This document shows, piece by piece, positions 26,362-37,545 of a stretch of DNA of 64,000 nucleotides; the first letter of the stretch is position 1, and the number at the start of each line of letters is the position of its first letter. This stretch comes from Balanoglossus misakiensis (taxonomy: Eukaryota > Animalia > Hemichordata), in assembly GCA_040954595.2 (NCBI GenBank), contig CM082576.2, forward strand, positions 20,321,028 to 20,385,027, in the 5' to 3' direction. Under the pieces are notes generated by a model. The model saw only the letters and a list, made by a program, of their open reading frames with translations. It was not told the DNA's origin and did not search any database. A program made the position numbers and the translations under genes.

Positions 26362-27763
26362 CGTGCCAATCATATATACTTTGAAGGAATGGATGATGCA
26401 CAACTTGATGTCCTGTTAGAAGGCACTCGTTATATGGACATTTTGCACAGAACACAATGTATGGAAAAGGCAGATGAATATGCTGGTATGCCAGAAATGA
26501 TATCTGTAGTGTATGTTGCAAAATGTCCATTACATATATACACCAAGCAGAATGATATATTTGCAAGAGGTGATGGTGATGTGTTCTCCAAGACTGAGCC
26601 TGTCTGTCTCTTGTACACACCAGACAGGCCAGGTCAACCAGGCCATTATGATTTGCTTCTTAACAGGCAGTTAATTAAAAGTAAAGATGGTCTGGTGAGT
26701 GAAAATGCACGGAATTCATTTGAACGGTGGCAGGAATTAAACAGTGGCTTTTGTTCACAAAATACAGTAGACTATGAAATGAATGAAATTTTTGGCAATT
26801 TGTGGAAATAATACTAAAATCATGGTTGACAGATCTATCTAAAAAAATACTGGTACAGGTTTGAGTGCACCTGTGAGAAAAGCCCGTACATTTACGGAGA
26901 AAAAAATCCAATGATACTGTTCATAATGATGTAGTATTTAAACCACCTCTACTGAGACAACATCAACCACGGTCATCAATTTCGCTGTCAGATTTTGACA
27001 TTAAACAAGAAGAAGCCATTGCTTGGTCAGAACTGTTTTCTGACAATTCATTTTTGCTCTACAGAAAAATGCAATGCACAGAGCTGATATAGAAACAGTT
27101 TTTGGGGATTTTAAATCAACATTAGCAACAAATGCTAACAGTAATGAAAGTGAATGCTCAAATGTCATTTATTTGGGCATATCAAGTGAACACGCAGACA
27201 CCATTGAAACTGTCCATAACATTATCAATAAGCTGTATATGTTACATTCAGAGTTGGTGTAAGAATAAAATACCTGGTTGTGGTTGGTGATGGGAAAACT
27301 TTCCATCACCTGATAAAGTTAAAAGACATGTATGGTGCAAATTTAGACTGGTTGCAGCCTTTTATCAGAGACTGGCACACTCAAAAAAATTACCAACCAG
27401 TCATCATGAAAATATTCTGGGATGCTGGCCTAAAACATCTGGCAGGGTTCAATCATAAAGGGGGAACTTTGGAAACCCTAGTACAGTGTACAAATTTCAA
27501 GCTAACTCATCGCTTCCTAACACAAATTTGGGAAAGTATGTTTAGATGTATTGTCAATTCCTTTTTGAATAAGAGGGGTGACACCCATAATACCCAGCAC
27601 TGTCCCTTAAATACAGAAACAGTCCAAAAATGTTTACTAGAAGCTGTCACAAAATCTTTGGAATGTACTGAAGATAAAGCTGATCATATTGACAAAATTA
27701 ATGGTGACCTTAAGGCTCAACTTACTCGCTTGCAAGAGGAATTTCAGATTTTTTGTGACAGAA

Positions 27764-28395
27764 CACAGTACGATATTTTACCCACAATTCTCCATGATTT
27801 GTATCATCGAAGGTTGCCCATTCAATAACTTTTTCTGTTTTAGATACTAACAATGATATGAAGTACATATAAATCTATTTATGTTTATCTAGGAAAAGTA
27901 CGTTGAGGAAATAGAGTGAAATTCCAAAATCAAAATTTAAAAGCAATAAGAATCAAAGTATTCATGTACTGCAAATGCCACACTTTGGAGGAAACAAGCA
28001 ATGAGGAAACAAGCAATGATTGACTGAGGTGGCCAGTCTCTGTTGAAAGTTAACATGTAAATTTCCACTGTTCTGTCAAAAGAAAATATCAATATCATTT
28101 TGTTTGATTAAACAGGTGTTTCAAGTGTCCCTGTTTTACTCCAAACTTTTTGGTATGGCTGGCTATGCAATTGCTTGATTATTTTATAAAATTCGTATCT
28201 TCTCTCTCAATAATACATAATTTTCTAAATCATTTGAAATGGTAATTGACAATAAGATTCACCTTAAAAGTAAGATCTCAAAATTTCTATTAGTGGTCTA
28301 CAATTCTCTCTACACATGTGAACTTTGCCTGGTTTGACTGAGTAATCTCTGATTGTACAAATCAGAATGAATTATGGGATATTTCACGTACTGTG
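27764..28395. mobile_element. Transib-like non-autonomous element
   Basis: CAGAA|cacagtacg...cgtactgtg|CAGAA (5-bp TSD). Removing it restores IFCDR-RANTDKTFKFW. Confidence 0.75.
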
Positions 28396-28858
28396 CAGAA
28401 GGGCAAATACAGACAAAACTTTCAAATTTTGGGTTAGATTTATAGAGGAAGATTTGTTTGCATACATGTCTTTGTACATTGCAATAAGGTCAGGAAATTG
28501 GAACTTCGAATATCGGCTTTGAAAAAAATAAACCCACTGTTCCATGCATATGACCGATCCCTGTACATGTCAACACAACGTCCTAGCAATTCGTTGAACA
28601 ACAGTGAATGCAGTAAATTAAAAAGCCCCAACTTTGAATGGAATAAACACTACTATGGATTTTATGACCAGCACTCTATGGAGAGTAGAGCACGATTCCT
28701 CAGGCGTTTGTTTTGTGTGTATGATATTGTTCACTTGTTCTGATCATTGTACTTACCCATTGCATACTTACCTGGCTGACATTGTTGAAGGTTATAGTAG
28801 GTCATCTACTCTAGTGAAAATTCTAAATTGATTTGGTATTATTTGTTCTGGAGATACA

Positions 28859-29752
28859 TTGCATAGATACATGTTGGGAGTTATCAACAAAAGAACATCA
28901 GCTGATTTCACAGAGGAAAATATTGCAAATAATGCATTTTGTATAACTTCCATTGACAATATTGATAAATCAGCTAAATATGCAGCTGTTAGAGCTGATC
29001 CAAAGGACAGAGGTTTCCACGGTACTTCTTATCAAATGGTCCAACCAAAACCAAAGTCAATTTTGAACAGTGTTGATGATATTGTTTTTGGCAGTCATGA
29101 CAAACATTCAACTGTCAAAGATTTTAAGCTAATCAACATATATGGTGATGGAAGGTGCTTTTTCAGGAGCATCTCTGTGAGAAATGATATTGCATTGCAA
29201 AATTGCGATCATTTACCTAGTGGACTCCCTTCTGACCCAATTTTAGCTGACCGAGAGAAAATGTTCGCAGACAAGTTAAGAGCAGATACAGTAGACATAA
29301 TGCGTGCCAATCATATATACTTTGAAGGAATGGATGATGCACAACTTGATGTCCTGTTAGACGGCACTCGTTATATGGACATTTTGCACAGAACACAATG
29401 TATGGAAAAGGCAGATGAATATGCTGGTATGCCAGAAATGATATCTGTAGTGTATGTTGCAAAATATCCATTACATATATACACCAAGCAGAATGATATA
29501 TTTGCAAGAGGTGATGGTGATGTGTTCTCCAAGACTGAGCCTGTCTGTCTCTTGTACACACCAGACAGGCCAGGTCAACCAGGCCATTATGATTTGCTTC
29601 TTAACAGGCAGTTAATTAAAAGTAAAGATAGTCTGGTGAGTGAAAATGCACAGAATTCATTTGAACGGTGGCAGGAATTAAACAGTGGCTTTTGTTCACA
29701 AAATACAGTAGACTATGAAATGAATGAAATTTTTGGCAATTTGTGGAAATAA
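28859..29752 (+). pseudogene. Academ transposase segment: first catalytic-Asp motif followed by an OTU deubiquitinase domain
   Basis: One 297-aa frame with SIDNID, then IYGDGRCFFRSIS...KLRADTVDIM...YAGMPEM...PLHIY...GHYDLL (OTU Cys and His boxes intact). Confidence 0.85.
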
Positions 29753-30014
29753 TACTAAAATCATGGTTGACAGATCTATCTAAAAAAATACTGGTACAGG
29801 TTTGAGTGCACCTGTGAGAAAAGCCCGTACATTTACGGAGAAAAAAATCCAATGATACTGTTCATAATGATGTAGTATTTAAACCACCTCTACTGAGACA
29901 ACATCAACCACGGTCATCAATTTCACTGTCAGATTTTGACATTAAACAAGAAGAAGCCATTGCTTGGTCAGAACTGTTTTCTGACAATTCATTTTTGCTC
30001 TACAGAAAAATGCA

Positions 30015-31920
30015 ATGCACAGAGCTGATATAGAAACAGTTTTTGGGGATTTTAAATCAACATTAGCAACAAATGCTAACAGTAATGAAAGTGAATGCTC
30101 AAATGTCATTTATTTGGGCATATCAAGTGAACACGCAGACACCATTGAAACTGTCCATAACATTATCAATAAGCTGTATATGTTACATTCAGAGTTGGTG
30201 TAAGAATAAAATACCTGGTTGTGGTTGGTGATGGGAAAACTTTCCATCACCTGATAAAATTAAAAGACATGTATGGTGCAAATTTAGACTGGTTGCAGCC
30301 TTTTATCAGAGACTGGCACACTCTAAAAAATTACCAACCAGTCATCATGAAAATATTCTGGGATGCTGGCCTAAAACATCTGGCAGGGTTCAATCATAAA
30401 GGGGGAAGTTTGGAAACCCTAGTACAGTGTACAAATTTCAAGCTAACTCATCGCTTCCTAACACAAATTTGGGAAAGTATGTTTAGATGTATTGTCAATT
30501 CCTTTTTGAATAAAAGGGGTGACACCCATAATACCCAGCACTGTCCCTTAAATACAGAAACAGTCCAAAAATGTTTACTAGAAGCTGTCACAAAATCTTT
30601 GGAATGTACTGAAGATAAAGCTGATCATATTGACAAAATTAATGGTGACCTTAAGGCTCAACTTACTCGCTTGCAAGAGGAATTTCAGATTTTTTGTGAC
30701 AGAACACAGTACGATATTTTACCCACAATTCTCCATGATTTGTATCATCTAAGGTTGCCCATTTAATAACTTTTTTCTGTTTTAGATACTAACAATGATA
30801 TGAAGTACATATAAATCTATTTATGTTTATCTAGGAAAAGTACGTTGAGGAATTAGAGTGAAATTCCAAAATCAAAATTTAAAAGCAATAAGAATCAAAG
30901 TATTCATGTACTGCAAATGCCACACTTTGGAGGAAACAAGCAATGAGGAAACAAGCAATGATTGACTGAGGTGGCCTGTCTCTGTTGAAAGTTAACATGT
31001 AAATTTCCATTGTTCTGTCAAAAGAAAATATCAATATCATTTTGTTTGATTAAACAGGTGTTTCAAGTGTCCCTGTTTTACTCCAAACTTTTTGGTATGG
31101 CTGGCTATGCAATTGCTTGATTATTTTATAAAATTCGTATCTTCTCTCTCAATAATACATAATTTTCTAAATCATTTGAAATGGTAATTGACAATAAGAT
31201 TCACCTTAAAAGTAAGATCTCAAAATTTCTATTAGTGGTCTACAATTCTCTCTACACATGTGAACTTTGCCTGGTTTGACTGAGTAATCTCTGATTGTAC
31301 AAATCAGAATGAATTATGGGATATTTCACGTACTGTGCAGAAGGGCAAATACAGACAAAACTTTCAAATTTTGGGTTAGATTTATAGAGGAAGATTTGTT
31401 TGCATACATGTCTTTGTACATTGCAATAAGGTCAGGAAATTGGAACCTTCGAATATCGGCTTTGAAATAATAAACCCACTGTTCCATGCATATGACCGAT
31501 CCCTGTACTTGAGGTTAATTCCCAGACATCTTGCTGACCTTCTGAAGATGCCAAACTCTCTGTTGTTACATTTCAAAGCAGGTGGTTTTGTTTGCAATTT
31601 GTCAGGCTCAACTTGGGTTAATGTAGCACTAGATGAAGCCCATGAAATGTGCGTCAATAAAGATGTTAAAGCTGCATTGCATACTTCTACAGGTGGGTTA
31701 ATGGAGAGAATAGCAATTTATTTACCCTATAGAGCTATGGCTGCCAAGAATCTAAAAGATCAGTTATTTCCTTTCCAAAATGAAACCCATAATTCAGTTA
31801 GTGTACATAAAATACATGAGTCAAACTGCAGGTTGTATATCAATTGTCTTGAAAGTGCTGATGTATTTTCACCACTTAATACCGCCAGGGAGCTAACTAA
31901 TATATTTTCAGATGACACAG
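30015..31920 (+). pseudogene. Academ transposase catalytic core (fragmented)
   Basis: VGDGKTFHHL..WLQPFIRDWHTLKNY, FWVRFIEEDLFAYMSLYIAIRSGNW, PLFHAYDRSLY, VALDEAHEMCVNKDVK. Broken by stops, frameshifts and the insertion at 30705-31337. Confidence 0.8.
30705..31337. mobile_element. Transib-like non-autonomous element (duplicate)
   Basis: Same TIRs and CAGAA TSD as 27764-28395. Confidence 0.75.
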
Positions 31921-33003
31921 CAAAGAATAGCGTCAAGGACACTGTGGTCCCATTTGAGGATTATGCGGAAACAGTGACACACCAGAATAAAAATTACAGG
32001 TGACATTGCAAGCAGATATGATCTTACGATATAGAAATATGGAATGTAAAAAAAATTAACAAGGAACATGCCCAATAAACTGTCATGTGTCATGACAGTC
32101 TTACAAGTAGTGCTAGAAAAAAAATTGACCAAAAATTGTCTGTACAAACACATATGAGAAGCAACTTCTTTCAGTCAGCTCTGAAACAGACAGACAGACA
32201 GACACACACACTGACCTGCCACTGGTAATAAACAATTTAATAGCCCATGGTCTCTCTAACAGCTGGCTTATTGAAGTTATGTAAACATGCCTAAGTTGGG
32301 GGTAACAACTCCTTGTAAACAGTAACTTTCAAAACAACTGGACAATTGGTTTAGGAGAAAAAACTCGCTAAATATTGAATATTTCTGATATCAGAATTGA
32401 ATAAAAGTTGCACATATACATGTATGTGTTATGAAATTATATCCTAAATTTCAAAGCAATCAGAGAAAAAACAAATCTCAAAGCAATCAACAAGCAGTTT
32501 CACAAAAAAATATTTGTTCAAAAGTGGCAAAAACACAAATTTGTACAATACCTTACTTCAACCACTACAAGGAACATGCTGCCAAAGGTCAATGCAATAT
32601 GACAAGCAGTTTCAGGAAAACAATTTTTGACAAAAATTGCAAAAGTTTCCCCTATAACACATTTATGAAAATATCACATTTTTTACAACATATTATTTGG
32701 GTTACACCTACGAACATGCTTACAAAATTGCAAAGCAATCTGGCATGCGGTTTTAAAGAAAAAAAATTGACCAAAAATGGCAAATATTGCTCAAAATTAT
32801 AAATATGCAAATTTTGCAACAATTTGCACAAAACTATGGTTACTCAGACAACAATTGGGAAGCTTCATACTAAATTTAAAAGAAGTAAGCCCATCACTTT
32901 CAGAAATGAAGACTTTTTACCAATAACATGAAAAAATACAAACAAATGCATAAAAAATAGGAAATCAATAATATTAGCTCAAAACATACATTAATTGTAG
33001 GCC
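31921..33003 (+). mobile_element. HINE-like/unclassified repeat replacing part of the transposase
   Basis: A-rich non-coding sequence with a (GACA)n tract. Starts aagaatagcgtcaaggacac, a motif also seen near 35765 and inverted near 34625. Coding resumes at KRKLVNFLS. Confidence 0.55.
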
Positions 33004-34217
33004 AAGCAAGAGAAAACTAGTGAACTTCTTGTCAGCCACATCTTTAAAAATAATTGTACCGGCTCTGCAAGGTGATCATGTCCTCATTACAGCAGGTGGC
33101 TTTGATGGGGAAAATAGGGACAAAAGTCTTTTCGTCGGTAGTAATGGAATTGTGTCTGAGTGGGAAGCCAAAAGTTGTCATGAAGAAGCTGACAGTAGAT
33201 GCATCCTTCATGCAGTTCAGTCCTCTTACAAGAAAGGTGTTATTTACTCCCCTGATACCGATACTTATCATGTTCTCCTCCCAGTACTATATCAACATGT
33301 TCAAAAGGAGATATTTGTACAACTGGATAATGATTTATCCAATCTCACTTATTTAGACATGAATCAATTCAAATCAGATTTAAATTTAGACCCTGATTTG
33401 CAACATATTCCCCTCCAATATGTAGGCAAAATATTTCAAACAGTGTTCGCATGCACAGGTTGTGACTATACTTTGCAGGCATCGGAAAGATATCTTTCTA
33501 CAAGACATTTTTTCAATACCCTGAATTTATAACTAGTGGCACCCTTATACCTGGAACACTGATAGACACAACAGTAGACAGTGTAGGGAATGGAATTTTT
33601 GCTTTCATACGTTTAAAAGGTAGTGTTTATGTTAAGAAACATTTCCAAGCATTTGATGCATCTCATCCTTTTGAACTTTATCAACAAGTAGCCAGTGTCA
33701 CTAACAGTCTTAAAGATAACCACATCAAATGGCTTACATATATACGAGAAACAATTTGGCCACGTATCCAGTATGAGGAAGAATGTATCCCTTCCTTTGA
33801 AGCCCTACAACTGCACTGGAAAAGATCATGCTGGGTCTCTCAGTTATGGTCCCAGGCCGATCAGTGCCATGTTACGTTTCCCTTATTCAATAATTATGGA
33901 TACAGACTAAGCAACGGCGAACTTGATATTATTTGGGACAGTGATGCCAATTTAGAAAAAGTGAAAAATAATTTGGAGTTGCTAACAAAAGGGTGTGGCT
34001 GCAAAAAGATGCCAACTTGTAATAGCAGATGTTGTAAATGTTTATAAGACCCACAATGGTTGTGGCCCTGCGTGTCAATGCAATGACTGCAGTAATCCAC
34101 ATAATGTACCACATCGAAAAAGTATGGGGTATGCCCAAAATATACAGATAAGTCACCACTATTAGAATCACCATCACCAATCACTGATACTGAACATCAT
34201 AATATGGAAAATAGCAT
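33004..34217 (+). pseudogene. Academ C-terminal region: XPG/PIN-like nuclease motifs and Cys-rich (CXC-like) finger
   Basis: HEEADSRCILHA..YSPDTDTY, FACTGCDY, PSFEALQLHWKRSCWVSQLW, GCGCKKMPTCNSRCCKC..CGPACQCNDCSN. Frameshifted; acidic tail deleted in this copy. Confidence 0.8.
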
Positions 34218-34744
34218 TTCGAATTAATTTCTTTTCATGGATGTCGGGACCGATATTAGACCTCTCTGTCAGGAAAGTTTGGTTAACTTCCGAGGTCGTT
34301 TTCAAATGATTTTTGACACGTTTGTGGACGTCTCTTTCGGGGTCACCAACATACCACTGAAAACACGTTAAAAACTTCTACTATTACCGACAGATTTTCA
34401 TAAAATTTACGTCTGCAGTGAAAAATGGGAATCACTTTCGTAATTTATCCAGCTAACATGGTATTTTATTGCACAACAGAGCATAAAAATCAAGTTGAAA
34501 ATCACCTTGAAAATTGGCCTATTGCAGTCTGTTTGAAAGTTAACGTTCGCTCGCTTGATGAACTTTCATATGCAAATGAGCACCGTGCGATCTGACTGTG
34601 TATATGTACTCCGTGTAGACTGAATGGGACCACTGTGTCCTTGATGCAATTTTTTACACTTATCAGGTATATGTTGACTAACACAAGCAAAAATTTCACC
34701 AACTCATCTGAGAAATCTTATCCCAGGTCATAAGGTTGTGAGAT

Positions 34745-35153
34745 TAATAGAATCTTAACTCCCAAGGACTAGGGGTCATAATTCTGACATGAGTTGGGGA
34801 TTTTATGTCCCACACGAGCCGCAGGCGAATGTGGGACAAAACATCCCTGACAAGTGTGGGAAATATGATCCTAGGTCCTTTGTGTATGAGATTATATTTC
34901 TCACACGGGCACAAATTAGCCAAATTCGTCTTAAAACATTGAATAAATGACTCTTGAGTTGTCATCTGGCATGTTGTAGTTTCTTTATCCTGTCATTGGA
35001 TAACATTTAGCGCACGTTATTGAAAAACGCTTTGTCATCCAATCAGCGCTCGCGTCATATACAGCTTTCGATTCAGTGAGTGTGTGGGATTGATTTGTTC
35101 TTACACTCTGATCCCACACTCTCAGCATGCCAGGAGTGTGAGAATCTATATAA
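34745..35153 (+). mobile_element. Terminal-hairpin element, family E
   Basis: Hairpin centred on gtcccacac-GA-gcc-GCA-ggc-GA-atgtgggac; right end ggagtgtgagaatctat. Copy at about 63590-64000. Confidence 0.65.
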
Positions 35154-35474
35154 TTAAGATCTAGGAGTTTGAAATTTTAGGTGAAGAGTTTATCAATTTC
35201 TTTGCCAACCCTGTAGGGCATTCTGGGATATGTGTTCATGCCAAAGCACAAACAGTTATGACCTGACAGCTCAGTTTGTACATCATTTCTACAAATCCAC
35301 AAAGAAACTGAACGTTTAGAAAAGTCAGGCCTGTTAGAAATATTAGAAATATCACTGTTAATACTTAATTTCAAAGCCATGTGAATTTGTTCAATTTAAG
35401 AAAATGTTTAAAGGAAGGGAGGATAGGTATTGACTTGAATAATTACAATGGATGTTTTTGTTTTCTGTTTTTAG

Positions 35475-35594
35475 ATGTGAATGAGTGTTCAGATTCTGTT
35501 TGTGCTGGAGGTTGTCACAATGCAGAGGGTGGATTCAGCTGTAGTTGTGGTGATGATGGTTTTTCTCTGAGTGCAGATCATGTCAATTGTTTAG
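35475..35594 (+). CDS. Calcium-binding EGF-like exon 3
   Basis: Phase 1-1, 120 nt, DVNECSDSVCAGGCHNAEGGFSCSCGDDGFSLSADHVNCL with strong splice sites. Confidence 0.85.
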
Positions 35595-36568
35595 GTAAGT
35601 TTTTTTTTGAGCGGGGAGGGTATAGGCTAACAATGGCTTTGCATTTCCTGCCACAAAAGGGTGCTTACAGAAGTTGTAAGTTGCAGAGATTACAGTCAGT
35701 CACCATGTTAAAAAAGAAAATAATTTAAAGTTATCAGGCACTTTCCATAGTTAGAAATTAAAAATATAGCGTCAAGGACACTTGGTGCTCTCTCAGTGTG
35801 TAGTGGATGAAGAGCAGAATGTTTGGAGAACAGTGCAAACACCACAGTGAAATGCTGAACTGATTTGCTCATGTAATATTGAATGCAGCCTGATAAGGTG
35901 GGTGCTTGACAGGGGGAAAAAACCACTTGTCCTGAGCTCTAATAACTGTTTTAAATTAAGTCTTAAAAATGGCCTGCACTCACAAATGGCCTCACACAAA
36001 TATATTGTCATTTCCCTCTCAGATTCTGTATCTTATGTTATACTGATGCAATTCATTGTGTATGTCATATCAAATTGCACCAGTGCAACTATGAGAAATG
36101 TGTTTTGAAAAAAACAGTGCAAGCAGAAGTACTAGTCTAAAAGTGAAAGAAATACATTTGGAAAAAAAAATCAGACAGCATTCAAGATCAGCTGAAGTGT
36201 TTTGATAAAATTTATCCATATTCAAGTATATACTGTCATGTGCTGATTATAGTAGTGTAGGTGGTAGCGAAAAAAATACATGAATTGTTCAAACAGAAAG
36301 TACAATCATTTAGTTTCCCCAGTTTATGGGAGCATAGCAGTTGTGAACATAGTATATGAAATAAATTAAAATAGTCATTGCTCTCTGGTCCATCATTTTC
36401 GGTAGAAGTGACCTGATTTCACATCAATAGTTTCCCACCCGTCATTTCCAGCTAATTTCATGTAGAACAAAACTCCTATACAACATAATAACATTTCTAG
36501 AACCTTTTTTGCTGGTTGGGCCCACAGACTAACACTAGTGGTTCTAAAAAGAAACTTCCATAACAACC

Positions 36569-37304
36569 TTTATCATATGCCTATATTCACGTGCCCATGT
36601 AAAGTCTATGGGGAAAAGCGCCCTCACATCCGTGCAGTTTTTTTTGCTTATCACGCCCCGGCCCGGTGACCATATTTGGAAGACGCGTTCAATATCCGGA
36701 TCTAGTTTTGTGTTTATTGCGCGAGATTCCAAAGTTGTCGCTGCTACGTTCGGAATTAAATTTTTCTGGTGCGGTGTCAGTGACTAGTGCACTTGCAGTG
36801 TGTGTACGTCCTATGCCACTACCGAATCACATCCTCTTCCATAATCGCTGCATGTTGTAGAGCTTTATTTGGAAATATGAATAGCAAAATTGATGATTTG
36901 ATGTGACTGTCGGCGTCGATCGGCGCGAGGAAAAAATAATGTTTTGCTCGCGCTCGGCTGTGTGAGTTCGAGCGCGTCTACATCTCACGTGCAATAGAAT
37001 GTAAACAAATGACATCATGCATATCAAACCGCAAAAACTGGAGGAATACGGCTCTATGCTAAGCGATTTATCATTTCAAAACGATAGATAAAAGCGTAAT
37101 ATTTACATTCCAAAATATTACAGAATGTGTATTTTATTAGTTTCTTGTAGATTATTGTTCAATAAGGCATATGATAAAACCTTTACGGCCCTAATACGGG
37201 TTTTGCGGCCCTCGGTCGTACGGCGATTCGCGCCCTCCCTGCGGTCGGGCGCTTCCGCCGTACGACCTCGGGCCGCAAAAGCCGTATCAGGGCCGTAAAG
37301 ATTA
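36569..37304 (-). mobile_element. Terminal-hairpin element, family C, inverted copy
   Basis: Reverse complement of 20706-21450. Confidence 0.85.
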
Positions 37305-37545
37305 GTATGCTTGACGCATTCAAGTCAGGGCACACCTAACCCATTCAAAATATGCAAATTAGAAAAAGACGCATATGCATTATTTGTGTCCCCAGAGACA
37401 CACACAGGAAATCAAGCGAGTGCGGCCACTAGCTGAAAGAGCTGAATTCAATGGATTGCCTTACAATGTTCATGATACAAGGGGGTGATGATCAATGAAC
37501 AGAACAGCGGTCCACTTTCACGCATTGTAGTGCACTGATCATGGC

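Larger units (their letters stand above)
24210..31508 (+). repeat. Internal tandem duplication of about 2.94 kb in the copy-1 transposon
   Basis: 24210-28561 (with later insertions) repeated at 28562-31503; junction microhomology tgtac at 24210, 28562 and 31504. Confidence 0.9.
22667..34598 (+). mobile_element. Academ-type (AcademX-like) DNA transposon, decayed, copy 1
   Basis: TIRs cagtcagatcgcatggtactcattaacatatg vs reverse complement of the right end (28/32); TGTA TSD at 22663-22666 and 34599-34602. Fragmented transposase motifs IDNID, VGDGKT, DWH, RSGNWELR..PLFHAYDR, DEAHE, HEEADSR..SPDTD, TGCDY and a terminal Cys cluster. Confidence 0.85.
3943..35153 (+). repeat. Large direct duplication, copy 1 (unit may extend to 40249)
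   Basis: Colinear and highly similar to 40250-64000. Homology starts at cctgatcgcatcaccc (3943 vs 40250); window end 64000 corresponds to about 35153. The copies differ by TE insertions and deletions. Confidence 0.95.

Noticed and set aside
27764-28395. ProtoRAG transposon
   Set aside because: No RAG1/RAG2-like coding sequence or nonamer; only a heptamer-like end and 5-bp TSD.
32431-32802. 123-aa Lys/Gln/Asn-rich ORF (147 aa at 59673)
   Set aside because: Lies in an A-rich non-coding repeat insert and has no motifs.
33020-33532. Host XPG/FEN1 nuclease gene
   Set aside because: Intronless, frameshifted and colinear with transposase motifs inside the Academ TIRs.
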